Shown in pieces: positions 27,778 to 36,888 of a stretch of 64,000 nt of DNA (positions are counted from its first letter, which is position 1; the number at the start of each line of letters is the position of its first letter). Below the pieces are notes generated by a model. The model was not told where the DNA came from. It saw only the letters and a list, made by a program, of their open reading frames with translations, and made no database searches. Source of the stretch: Candidatus Omnitrophota bacterium (GTDB lineage: Bacteria > Omnitrophota > Gorgyraeia > B26-G9); the NCBI GenBank assembly GCA_043814605.1, contig JBDRJV010000007.1:3354-67353 (forward strand), in the 5' to 3' direction. A program made the position numbers and the translations under genes.

Positions 27778-28020
27778 ATGCACGAAATGGGGATAGCGCA
27801 GGAAGTTTTTAAATCTGTTTTACTGGAACTGAAGGACTATGAATATAAAAAAATTAATAAAATTGTCCTGGAAGTTGGTGAATATAATTTAATTGAGCCA
27901 GAGTCTCTTCAAAATGCGTTTAGGCTGATTGCAGAAAACTCCCGGGCAAATAATGCTATCCTTGAAATAAAACAAATCCCGGGAATGGAAATAAAAATAA
28001 TACACATTGATGCAGAGTAA
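27778..28020 (+). CDS. hypA: HypA-like nickel metallochaperone lacking the zinc-finger domain
   Basis: N-terminal MHE nickel-binding motif. The N-domain and the final beta-strand (IKIIHIDAE, compare E. coli LQIRRIEIDQE) are present. There are no cysteines, so the CxxC...CxxC Zn site is precisely absent. Confidence 0.6.
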   Translation: MHEMGIAQEVFKSVLLELKDYEYKKINKIVLEVGEYNLIEPESLQNAFRLIAENSRANNAILEIKQIPGMEIKIIHIDAE

Positions 28021-29212
28021 AATTGAGCAAATTCAAATACCATTAAATAATATTTACCAAAAATCTTGGATAAAAAATAAAACGGTTTTGGCTTTAGGTC
28101 CGGAACTTAAGTCAAATTATGCTGTTATTATAAATTCTCAGGCTATTGTTTACACCGGGTTTGGAGATTTAAAAAACCCGGATAATTTTACGAGATACAA
28201 AAAACATATTTTAAAAACAATCAAAAATTTATCAAAAAAACCGCAAGTTATAGCCTGTGATTTTAATCCGATATTTTTAAGCTCCCAATTTGCCCGTAAG
28301 TTACAAGCTTCAACTTTAGGTAAAAGCAAATTAAATCCTGTATTGCATCATTATGCGCATATTGCGGCCAGCTGTGCGGTTTTAAATCTAATGCAGACAC
28401 AAGTTTTAGGTATTGTTTGTGATGGTACGGGATTGGGCGATGATGATCAGACTTGGGGCTGTGAGTTTATCAAAAAATCGGCAGGCAATTTTACACGCTG
28501 CGGACACTTAAATTATATTCCTTTGCCTGGTGCGGATTATGCGGTTATTGAGCCTTGGCGCGTCGGGCTTTCCTTGCTTTATCAAACTTTTGGTGATAAA
28601 ATATTTACTCTGGATTTAGCTTTGCTTAAACATCACCAGGATAAAACAAATATATTAGTTAAAATGATCAAACAGGGTTTTAATACGCCGATGGCTTCCA
28701 GTGCAGGTAGATTATTTGATGGAGTTGCGGCAATTTTGGGTTTTTTTAAAAAAATAAAATTTGAAGCTCAGGCAGCTGTACTTTTAGAGCAGCAGGCACA
28801 AAAAGTTATAAATTATGAAAAAGGCAAGTATGCTTATAAGATACAAAAAGCAGGTTTAAAGTTTATTCTGAACACAAATGAGTTAATTGAGGATATTGTG
28901 GCAGACTTAAGGGCTAATCAACCTAAAGAAATTATAGCCGCGCGTTTTCATAATACATTTAGCGATATGATAATAAAAATGGCGGGAAAAATTACGCAAC
29001 AAAAAGAAAATAGTAAGATTAAGGATATTGTTTTATCCGGAGGAGTTTTTTTTAATAGGATAATTTCCGATAAAGTAATCAGGGGCTTAGAAAAGTATGG
29101 ATTTAAAGTACATAAACCAGAGAACTTAATTTTATCTGATGCGGGTTTATCATTAGGGCAGGCGGTGATAGGGTATGTGTTTAGGAATTCCGGTAAAGGT
29201 AAAAAAAATTAA
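28007..29212 (+). CDS. hypF: HypF C-terminal (Kae1/TsaD-like carbamoyltransferase) domain only; the acylphosphatase, Zn-finger and YrdC domains are absent
   Basis: HHYAHIAAS, GIVCDGTGLGDDDQTWGCEF, PLPGADYAVIEPWR, SSAGRLFDGVAAILG and LSGGVFFN match the HypF C-terminal domain. Only about 25 aa precede it. Confidence 0.75.
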   Translation: MMQSKIEQIQIPLNNIYQKSWIKNKTVLALGPELKSNYAVIINSQAIVYTGFGDLKNPDNFTRYKKHILKTIKNLSKKPQVIACDFNPIFLSSQFARKLQASTLGKSKLNPVLHHYAHIAASCAVLNLMQTQVLGIVCDGTGLGDDDQTWGCEFIKKSAGNFTRCGHLNYIPLPGADYAVIEPWRVGLSLLYQTFGDKIFTLDLALLKHHQDKTNILVKMIKQGFNTPMASSAGRLFDGVAAILGFFKKIKFEAQAAVLLEQQAQKVINYEKGKYAYKIQKAGLKFILNTNELIEDIVADLRANQPKEIIAARFHNTFSDMIIKMAGKITQQKENSKIKDIVLSGGVFFNRIISDKVIRGLEKYGFKVHKPENLILSDAGLSLGQAVIGYVFRNSGKGKKN

Positions 29213-29408
29213 AGGGAATACGGCTACAGTCAGTACCGGATCTGTAGAAAAACAGATTGGTATTGAACTGACTCCGGATGTAAAAGTAGGTGATTATGTG
29301 CTTTTACATGCTGGGTTTGCGATAGAAATTATAAATGAAAAAGTTGCTCAAGAGACCTTGAAATTATTAGAAGAAATGTTTTCAATGGAAATAGATGATC
29401 AAAAATAA
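29175..29408 (+). CDS. hypC: HypC/HupF hydrogenase maturation factor
   Basis: N-terminal MCLGIP (essential Cys2), about 77 aa, OB-fold. Confidence 0.8.
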   Translation: MCLGIPVKVKKIKGNTATVSTGSVEKQIGIELTPDVKVGDYVLLHAGFAIEIINEKVAQETLKLLEEMFSMEIDDQK

Positions 29409-29428
29409 TATGGTTAAGGCAAAGGCAA

Positions 29429-30520
29429 TTGAAGCTTATGGATAAAACTAGAAATAATAAATTAGCCAGTCAGCTCCGGCAAACGATTACCCGTTTTTGT
29501 AAAAAAATAGAAAAAAATATATCAATCATGGAAGTCTGCGGTACGCATACAGTGGCTTTGTTTCGTTCCGGGATTAGAGAAATGCTGCCTTCTAATATGA
29601 GAATCATCTCCGGGCCCGGATGTCCGGTTTGCGTAACCGATCAAGCTGATGTTGACCGCGCCATCGGTCTTTGTCAATTAGAGAATACTATTGTTACCAC
29701 TTTTGGTGATATGATGCAGGTTCCGGGGACTGAAGTTAGTTTAGAACAGATGAAAGCACAGGGCCGAGATGTACGGGTTGTATATTCTGCGTTGGATGCT
29801 TTAGAAATTGCTAAAACTAATAATGAAAATGTTATTCATATTGCGGTTGGATTTGAAACTACAGCTCCGACAATTGCAGCAGTTTTAAAAAGAGCTAAAC
29901 AAGAAAAGGTAAATAATTTTTATGTATTGAGTGCGAATAAAATTGTACCGCCGGCTTTGGAGTGTTTGGTTGCTTGCGCAAAAAGCAGGATTAATGCGTT
30001 TATTTTACCCGGACATGTTAGTGCCATTATTGGAGCAAAACCATACCAATTTCTTGCGGATAAGTATAATAAACCCTGTGTGATTGCCGGATTTGAGCCT
30101 GTAGATATTTTGCAGGCAATCGCAATGTTGTGTAAACAAATAGTCGAACAAAAATCGAGGATTGAGATACAATATACACGTTGTGTGCAAAGGGAGGGAA
30201 ACATTTTAGCTCAGAAAATATTAAGAGAAGTTTTTGAGGTTCGGGATGCACAATGGCGCGGCTTGGGGGTAATGAAGAAAAGTGGATTTTTTTTAAATAA
30301 AAATTATGCAGGATTTGAGGCGCGAGAAAATTTTAAGGTAAAAATTCCTAAGCCAAAAAAAACGCCTTGCCGCTGCGGTGATGTTTTGCAGGGGGTAATT
30401 TTGCCGCCGGAATGCAAACTGTTTCAGAATAAATGTACGCCAGAGAATCCGATTGGACCGTGTATGGTTTCAACAGAAGGAACTTGCGCAGCATATTATC
30501 GTTACGCCAGAGTTTCTTAA
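29429..30520 (+). CDS. hypD: HypD hydrogenase maturation factor (Fe-S)
   Basis: CGTHT, GPGCPVCVT, FETTAP and the C-terminal CPVC-type cysteines. ATG 29438 is an alternative start. Confidence 0.9.
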   Translation: MKLMDKTRNNKLASQLRQTITRFCKKIEKNISIMEVCGTHTVALFRSGIREMLPSNMRIISGPGCPVCVTDQADVDRAIGLCQLENTIVTTFGDMMQVPGTEVSLEQMKAQGRDVRVVYSALDALEIAKTNNENVIHIAVGFETTAPTIAAVLKRAKQEKVNNFYVLSANKIVPPALECLVACAKSRINAFILPGHVSAIIGAKPYQFLADKYNKPCVIAGFEPVDILQAIAMLCKQIVEQKSRIEIQYTRCVQREGNILAQKILREVFEVRDAQWRGLGVMKKSGFFLNKNYAGFEARENFKVKIPKPKKTPCRCGDVLQGVILPPECKLFQNKCTPENPIGPCMVSTEGTCAAYYRYARVS

Positions 30521-30540
30521 CTTATTATCAGAGGAAAAAA

Positions 30541-31569
30541 TTGAATGACCAATTAAAAAATAAAAACGTTACATTAGCTTACGGTAATGGCGGACAATTA
30601 ATGCAGCAGCTGATCAATAATTTGATCAAGGCTAATTTTGGCAATCCGATATTAAATAAACTGGATGATGCTGCTGTTTTAAACGGGGTTGGCTTTAGGG
30701 AACATCTTGTATTTACTACAGATTCTTTTGTGGTGAGTCCGATATTTTTTCCGGGTGGCGATATCGGTAAGCTGGCGGTTTGCGGTACAATAAATGACCT
30801 TTGCATGATGGGTGCAAAACCATTATATTTAAGTCTGAGTATGATTATTGAGGAGGGATTTGCTTTTAAAGATCTAGAAAGAATTGTTAGCTCCATTAAG
30901 AAAACAATTAAAATAGCTGGGGTTAAAATAGTTTGCGGTGATACTAAGGTTGTAAATAAAGGTAATTGTGATAAAATATTCATTAATACATCTGGAATCG
31001 GCAGTATTGATAATCGCACAAATATTAGTGCATCTAAGGCTAAACCTGATGACCTAATTATCGTGAGCGGGCCAATTGGTGAACATGGAATTGCAATTAT
31101 TAGTCAACGAAAGGGGCTCGGGTTTAAAACAAAATTGAAAAGTGATTGTGCGCCTTTAAATGATCTTGTCCTAAATTTAATGAAATATAAAAATAAAATT
31201 CATGTTTTCAGAGATCCGACACGCGGGGGGCTTGCGAGTGTATTAAATGAAATTGCGCAACTTTCCAATGTTGGCATAGAAGTTGATGAAGTAAAGATTC
31301 CCGTGAGTAATGCAGTAAAGGGCGCGAGTGCAATTTTGGGATTGGATCCTTTGTACCTGCCGTGTGAAGGAAGATTAGTCGCTGTGGTTAGCCCGGATAA
31401 AATGCCGCAAATTTTAAACTTAATGCAAAAAAATAAAAAAGGCAGGGGAGCAAGAGTTATTGGCCGAATAAAAGCCGGGCACAAAAAAGAGGTATATTTA
31501 AATACTGTAATTGGCGGCAGGCGGATTCTTGATTTACCGATCCGGGAACAAACACCGCGAATTTGTTAA
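30541..31569 (+). CDS. hypE: HypE (carbamoyl dehydratase, PurM-like)
   Basis: PurM-like fold motifs and the invariant C-terminal PRIC. TTG start 7 nt after an AGAGGA RBS, with no overlap with hypD. Confidence 0.85.
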   Translation: MNDQLKNKNVTLAYGNGGQLMQQLINNLIKANFGNPILNKLDDAAVLNGVGFREHLVFTTDSFVVSPIFFPGGDIGKLAVCGTINDLCMMGAKPLYLSLSMIIEEGFAFKDLERIVSSIKKTIKIAGVKIVCGDTKVVNKGNCDKIFINTSGIGSIDNRTNISASKAKPDDLIIVSGPIGEHGIAIISQRKGLGFKTKLKSDCAPLNDLVLNLMKYKNKIHVFRDPTRGGLASVLNEIAQLSNVGIEVDEVKIPVSNAVKGASAILGLDPLYLPCEGRLVAVVSPDKMPQILNLMQKNKKGRGARVIGRIKAGHKKEVYLNTVIGGRRILDLPIREQTPRIC

Positions 31570-31594
31570 GTATTAAGAGGAAAAAGGAGATAAC

Positions 31595-32401
31595 ATGATC
31601 GTAAGAGAAGCAGATATTACCCGGGCAATAATCAAAACAGCTACGGATGAATTACTTGATAATATTGAAGTGGATGTGATCATTGCTGGCGGCGGTCCCG
31701 CCGGACTTACGTGTGCGCGTTACTTAGGTCAAGCGGGGAAAAAAGTTGTACTTTTTGAGCGTAAATTAAATTATGGGGGGGGAATGCCGGGCGGAGGGAT
31801 GTTATTTCCCCGGATAGTGATTGAGAAACAAGCAAAATCAATCCTTTCTGAAATAAATGTGAGATTAAAACCTTATGATAAAAATTATTACACTGCAGAT
31901 TCAGTGGAAGCAATTTCTAAAATGGGTGTTGCAGCAATCGATGCTGGATTAAGAATATATCCTGCAGTTACAGTTGAAGATTTGGTGATTCGAGCGAATA
32001 ATAAAGTGCAAGGTGCAGTAATAAATTGGTCTGCAGTACAAATTGCCGGATTACATGTTGATCCATTAGTAATTATGTCTGAATACGTTGTGGATGCGAC
32101 CGGGCATGATGCCGATATTACAAATACGTTATTAAGAAAGAATCCTAATGTAAAACTAAAAACAAAAACAGGTAAAGTTATAGGTGAAAAATCAATGTGG
32201 GCTCAGCAGGGAGAAAATTTAATTCTGTCTAATACAAAGGAAGTTTTTCCCGGGCTTTTTCTGGCGGGTATGGCGGTTAATGCTGTTGCCGGGGTACCAC
32301 GGATGGGAGCTGTTTTTGGCGGTATGCTGCTTTCGGGAAAAAAAGCGGCAATGCTAATTTTAGCCAGATTAAATAATAAAAAGAAAAGAAAGTTAAATTA
32401 A
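31595..32401 (+). CDS. thi4: Thiamine thiazole synthase, Thi4 family (archaeal/eukaryotic type)
   Basis: VDVIIAGGGPAGLTCA FAD/NAD Rossmann motif and Thi4-family spacing. AGGAGA RBS. Confidence 0.8.
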   Translation: MIVREADITRAIIKTATDELLDNIEVDVIIAGGGPAGLTCARYLGQAGKKVVLFERKLNYGGGMPGGGMLFPRIVIEKQAKSILSEINVRLKPYDKNYYTADSVEAISKMGVAAIDAGLRIYPAVTVEDLVIRANNKVQGAVINWSAVQIAGLHVDPLVIMSEYVVDATGHDADITNTLLRKNPNVKLKTKTGKVIGEKSMWAQQGENLILSNTKEVFPGLFLAGMAVNAVAGVPRMGAVFGGMLLSGKKAAMLILARLNNKKKRKLN

Positions 32402-32419
32402 TTACCGGAGGTTAGAAAA

Positions 32420-33619
32420 ATGGCCAAAACTATAGCTGAAATTAATAATAAAATTAAAAAAGGCGAAGCTGTTGTTGTTACTAAAGAGGAAATGCTGGAA
32501 ATTGTGAAAAAAAAGGGGACAAAAAACAGCGCAGAATATGTAGATGTTGTTACAACAGGAACTTTTGGCCCGATGTGTTCCTCAATGGCAATTTTTAATA
32601 TTGGCCATTCAAAACCAAAAATTAAAATACAAAAGGCTTGGCTGAACGATGTTGAATGCTATTGCGGCTTGGCAGCGGTGGACATGATTATCGGAGCTAC
32701 TGAATTATCAACTAAAGATCCGGCTAATACTTTTGGGCCCGGAGAGTTTAAATACGGGGGAGCGCATGTAATTGAAGATTTGGTGGCGCATAAGGATCTT
32801 AAACTAAAGGCAATTGGTTATGGAACAGATTGTTATCCCCGTAAAGAATTAGAAACTTTTATAAATTTAGATGATTTAAATGAAGCCTGGCTGACTAATC
32901 CGCGTAACGCCTATCAAAACTATAATGTTGCCGTGAATCTTTCGGATAAAACAATTTACACTTATATGGGTGTTTTAAGGCCGGATTTATCAAATGCAAA
33001 TTATTGCAGTGCCGGCCAGCTTTCTCCGTTATTAAATGACCCAGGTTTTAGAGCCATAGGTATTGGTACAAGAATTTTTCTCGGGGGAGGAATCGGGTAT
33101 ATTTTCTGGCACGGGACTCAGCATACCACTGATGTTAAGCGTACAAAAGGCGGAGTGCCTGTTACGCCTTCCGGAACTTTGGCCGTCAACGGCGATTTAA
33201 AAGGCATGAGCCAAGAATGGTTAAGGGCAGCTTCAATGCAGGGTTACGGAGTAAGTCTGGCAGTAGGGATTGGGGTGCCGATACCGATTATTGATGAGGA
33301 AATGGTCAACAGTGTATGCGTACGGGATGAGGAAATTTTTACGCAGATTATTGATTATAGCCATGATTATCCTGATGGTAAATCAAATTCCTTAGGACAG
33401 GTTAATTATGAACAGCTTAAGTCCGGATTGATCAATATTAAAGGCAAAACTGTGCCTACAGCAGGGCTTTCCAGCTACTACAAAGCTAAGCAAATATGCC
33501 AAATTTTAAAGGAAAATATTCTTAAAGGAGATTTTAGTTTAACCGAACCAGTACACCCCCTGCCACGGGAAGGTTCCGGCGTTAATTTTAAAGCTTTAAA
33601 AATGAAAAATGTTAAGTAA
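32420..33619 (+). CDS. COG1900 / DUF39 protein (homocysteine-biosynthesis / L-aspartate-semialdehyde sulfurtransferase family)
   Basis: The N-terminus EINNKIKKGEAVVVTKEEM...VDVVTTGTFGPMCSSMA is characteristic of COG1900. Confidence 0.7.
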   Translation: MAKTIAEINNKIKKGEAVVVTKEEMLEIVKKKGTKNSAEYVDVVTTGTFGPMCSSMAIFNIGHSKPKIKIQKAWLNDVECYCGLAAVDMIIGATELSTKDPANTFGPGEFKYGGAHVIEDLVAHKDLKLKAIGYGTDCYPRKELETFINLDDLNEAWLTNPRNAYQNYNVAVNLSDKTIYTYMGVLRPDLSNANYCSAGQLSPLLNDPGFRAIGIGTRIFLGGGIGYIFWHGTQHTTDVKRTKGGVPVTPSGTLAVNGDLKGMSQEWLRAASMQGYGVSLAVGIGVPIPIIDEEMVNSVCVRDEEIFTQIIDYSHDYPDGKSNSLGQVNYEQLKSGLINIKGKTVPTAGLSSYYKAKQICQILKENILKGDFSLTEPVHPLPREGSGVNFKALKMKNVK

Positions 33620-33633
33620 TTTTCAAATTGTCT

Positions 33634-34245
33634 TTATTTTAAAGAACCTTCTAAAAATTCTTTAACATTATTGGGAGAAAACATAATAAAAAAACTGCCT
33701 TTAATATTTTTTCGCTCAATTTCAAAAAATGTTTCCAAGAGAATAATCTGAACCTCATCCTGTAAAACTTCATTAAAGGCAATATTGCAGACAGTTTCTA
33801 ATGTGCCGCAAATTAAGCTAGGAGTTGAATGCAGAATTACTTTTTTGCTCAGGCTGGAGAGTGTTCCCAAATAAGCAGAAATGACAATATTGCCAATTTC
33901 TTTTAAAAGTGAAACACCGTATTCAGTCTTAGTTCCTAGATTATCCTTATTCTGTTCTGAACATACAGTGTCAATTAAACTATAGGCGCTTTTTTCGGGA
34001 AATATTAATAAAATATTACCAGTAAGATTACTGAGAAGCTGCATTCTTATTCCTACTAAAATATCTGGTATATCTTTTAGTTCAGAGATTAGTTTATCCC
34101 GATCAATGATTTTTAATCCAGGAATGCTCAATCCAATTTTCTGATTTAAAACTTGCGATAAAGCAACAGCGGCATTTCCGATGCAAATATTACCGACTTC
34201 CTTAAGCATATCAATAAAATCAGCATCAATTTTTACTTTTTTCAT
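33634..34245 (-). CDS. CheC-like protein (CheC/CheX/FliY phosphatase family)
   Basis: Duplicated EVGNICIGNAAVALSQ and EIGNIVISAYLGTLS motifs, which are the CheC D/ExxN...GxxAxALS signature. Confidence 0.65.
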   Translation of the reverse strand: MKKVKIDADFIDMLKEVGNICIGNAAVALSQVLNQKIGLSIPGLKIIDRDKLISELKDIPDILVGIRMQLLSNLTGNILLIFPEKSAYSLIDTVCSEQNKDNLGTKTEYGVSLLKEIGNIVISAYLGTLSSLSKKVILHSTPSLICGTLETVCNIAFNEVLQDEVQIILLETFFEIERKNIKGSFFIMFSPNNVKEFLEGSLK

Positions 34246-34296
34246 GAAATTTTAAAACCTCGAGTTTAAATTTATTTTCTTATTAATTATATGCTG

Positions 34297-36051
34297 TTAG
34301 TTAGACTTTTCCTTTAATTTAATAAATTTCTTTTTTATTAATTCCACAAAAATATCCACAATTTTTGGATCCAATTGATCCGGAGTGCATTTTTTTAATA
34401 ATTTAATTGCTTTTTGCACGGAAAAAGCCTTACGGTAAGGCCGGTCCGCAGTCATGGCTTCAAAAGTATCCGCAACAGCTAAAATACGCGAACCAATAGG
34501 GATCTGATCACCTTTAATGCCGTTGGGATATCCACCTCCGTTATGGCGTTCATGGTGGTGATAAATCATAGTTTTAATTTCATTAGATAAATCTGTATTA
34601 TTAATAATGCTAAGAGTTGCAGAAAGCGGATGAATAACTTTTTCTAATAATTTTTTATTAATTATCACGTTATTCATTAAATCTTGGGGAGTATCTTTTG
34701 CCGGTTCGTTCAATTCTCCTAAATAAAAATTTACCGGTTCTAAAATTCGCTTGCCGATTGCCGGGTGATTCTTAATAATTTCATATTCTGCATAAGTTAA
34801 GGTACTCGGTTTTGCCAGGATTTTTTCCGGGATTCCGATTTTTCCAATATCATGTAGTATCCCGGCAATTTGGATGCCTTCGATCATTATTTTGGGCAAA
34901 TTAAGGGCTTGAGCAATGGATACTGCATAATAAGAAACTAAATCAGAATGGCCACGGGTACAGGGGTCTTTTTCCTCAATTGCTTGCGCTAAGGCTTTGA
35001 TTGTACTTAAATAAGTTGTTCTTAAATTTCTGTAAAGAATTGTATTTTCAATAGCTACGGCTACATGATTAGAAAGTGTAATTAAAGACTGCTGATTTTT
35101 TTGATTAAAACCATCATTTTTTAATGAATAAATACTTAACATTCCCCGGGTATTTCCTTTTGATGTTATCGGAGTATTAAGTATAGATTTTATATCTTTA
35201 GGTAAAACTTTTTTCTTAAAACGTTTTGTGGGGCCGGGCACTTTTTTAAGAATTACTTCAATACTGCGTGCATTAATTTTTTTCTTTTTTAACCCGTAGA
35301 TGACTAAACTGAGGTTTCTTTTTAAAAAGTTGATTGTCTTATGGCTTAAAGAGTTTTGGGAACAAATCAATAAAGTATATTTATTTTTTTCAATAATCAA
35401 GAGAGAATAAATATCAAAAGGAAAAAGCTCAAATATACAAACATTCAAAACTTCAAATAAACTCTCTTGATTTGTCGCGGAGTTAAGGGCACAGCTGATC
35501 ACATTGAATCTGAATAAATGCTGGATTTTTTCTTCGGCATCAATATAAAGTTTAGCGTTTTCAATAGCAATAGAACTTTCCGAAGCAAATTTTGCAAAAA
35601 TATTTAATTCCTCCTCTGTGAATTCTTTTGCGCCGGGAATCCGGTTTAAATTGATTACGCCGATTAATTTATCCGCTAAAAGCAGGGGAATAGAAATTGA
35701 GGATTTTAGATTTTTGCGGGGTTTTTTCTTGAAAATAGTATAAAAATTTGTATTATCAATAATTAAAGGCTTTTTGCTGCGAGCAACAATCCCAGCAATC
35801 CCTTTGCCGATTTTTATGTGTGCTCTTTTAACAATGGATTTTTTTATGCCACGGAAGGCTTTGATCCTTAATTCTTTTTGTTTTTTATCAAAAAGCATGA
35901 GAGAGCCAGAATTTGCATGAGTTTGTCTGAGCATTGTTTCCAGGATAATATTAAGCAATTTATTAAAATCATAGGAAGCACCCAGTACATTGCTAATTTC
36001 CTGCAGGCTGGCAAGTTTTAATGTTTTTTCCGTAGATTTAGGTCTATTCAT
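34297..36051 (-). CDS. GAF-GAF-HD-GYP domain protein (predicted c-di-GMP phosphodiesterase)
   Basis: Two GAF-like regions. HD motif GILHDIGKIGIP. HHERHNGGGYPNG is the GYP motif. Confidence 0.8.
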   Translation of the reverse strand: MNRPKSTEKTLKLASLQEISNVLGASYDFNKLLNIILETMLRQTHANSGSLMLFDKKQKELRIKAFRGIKKSIVKRAHIKIGKGIAGIVARSKKPLIIDNTNFYTIFKKKPRKNLKSSISIPLLLADKLIGVINLNRIPGAKEFTEEELNIFAKFASESSIAIENAKLYIDAEEKIQHLFRFNVISCALNSATNQESLFEVLNVCIFELFPFDIYSLLIIEKNKYTLLICSQNSLSHKTINFLKRNLSLVIYGLKKKKINARSIEVILKKVPGPTKRFKKKVLPKDIKSILNTPITSKGNTRGMLSIYSLKNDGFNQKNQQSLITLSNHVAVAIENTILYRNLRTTYLSTIKALAQAIEEKDPCTRGHSDLVSYYAVSIAQALNLPKIMIEGIQIAGILHDIGKIGIPEKILAKPSTLTYAEYEIIKNHPAIGKRILEPVNFYLGELNEPAKDTPQDLMNNVIINKKLLEKVIHPLSATLSIINNTDLSNEIKTMIYHHHERHNGGGYPNGIKGDQIPIGSRILAVADTFEAMTADRPYRKAFSVQKAIKLLKKCTPDQLDPKIVDIFVELIKKKFIKLKEKSN

Positions 36052-36677
36052 GACTTTTTCATGCTTTTAGCAAAAGCTTTACAAGCTTTTAAGATTAACC
36101 GCATTGAATTGGGATCAAAAGCAATAAAAAATTTTCCCTTAACAGAATTTGTGAATTCATTAAAATATGTTTCAATCAGGATAACATTAGGATTTTGTTT
36201 TTTGCTTGTTCCAAAAACGCTTTTTATTACCATTTCGGGAACTCCGTCTGTAAATTGGGGGCAGGATAAGTATACTGGCAATTTAGACATTGCGCTTAAT
36301 GTTGAGACGTAAGCAGAAATAACAATGTTTCCGATTTCCTTGAGTGAGGAAATTCCGATTTGTGTAATTAGCTTGGTTTTTTGCATTTTAGGACTGCCTA
36401 CGAGAAGCTCCATTAGTTGATATGCGCTTTCCTGCGAAAAAAGCAGTAATATTTGACTGTTAATCATCCCTAAAGTTTCCATTTGAATGCCAATTATGGG
36501 GATACCGTCTTTATCAATCGTGGAAGCTAGTTTTACCAGTGGTACGGATTTAAGGGTAGGGACTTGGAGTTCGATTTTTTTAAATAAAATTTGAGCTAAC
36601 GCAACGGCAGCATTACCGGCACAGATATTTCCTACTTCTCTTAAAATATCGCGCTGATTTTTATTAAATTTGTTCAT
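36048..36677 (-). CDS. CheC-like protein, second paralogue
   Basis: EVGNICAGNAAVALAQ and EIGNIVISAYVSTLS. The gene overlaps the HD-GYP gene by 4 nt. Confidence 0.65.
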   Translation of the reverse strand: MNKFNKNQRDILREVGNICAGNAAVALAQILFKKIELQVPTLKSVPLVKLASTIDKDGIPIIGIQMETLGMINSQILLLFSQESAYQLMELLVGSPKMQKTKLITQIGISSLKEIGNIVISAYVSTLSAMSKLPVYLSCPQFTDGVPEMVIKSVFGTSKKQNPNVILIETYFNEFTNSVKGKFFIAFDPNSMRLILKACKAFAKSMKKS

Positions 36678-36888
36678 ATTTTGTAAATCCGTTTGATTTT
36701 AAAAAAATCGTTAACTCCTTTATTTTTAAACTATAACATAAACATCAACCAGTGTCAATAAATTTTGTTTTCATTTTTGAGTATTTATGATATTATATGT
36801 ATTCAGTTTGTTTGCAAAAGAGTACCGAGGCGAATTTTTTCCGATTTAATCAGTTTTAAGGATAAAAAAAGGGTAAAAGAGGCTAAAC

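Noticed and set aside
31570-31594. TPP riboswitch upstream of thi4
   Set aside because: The spacer is only about 25 nt and holds just an AGGAGA RBS.
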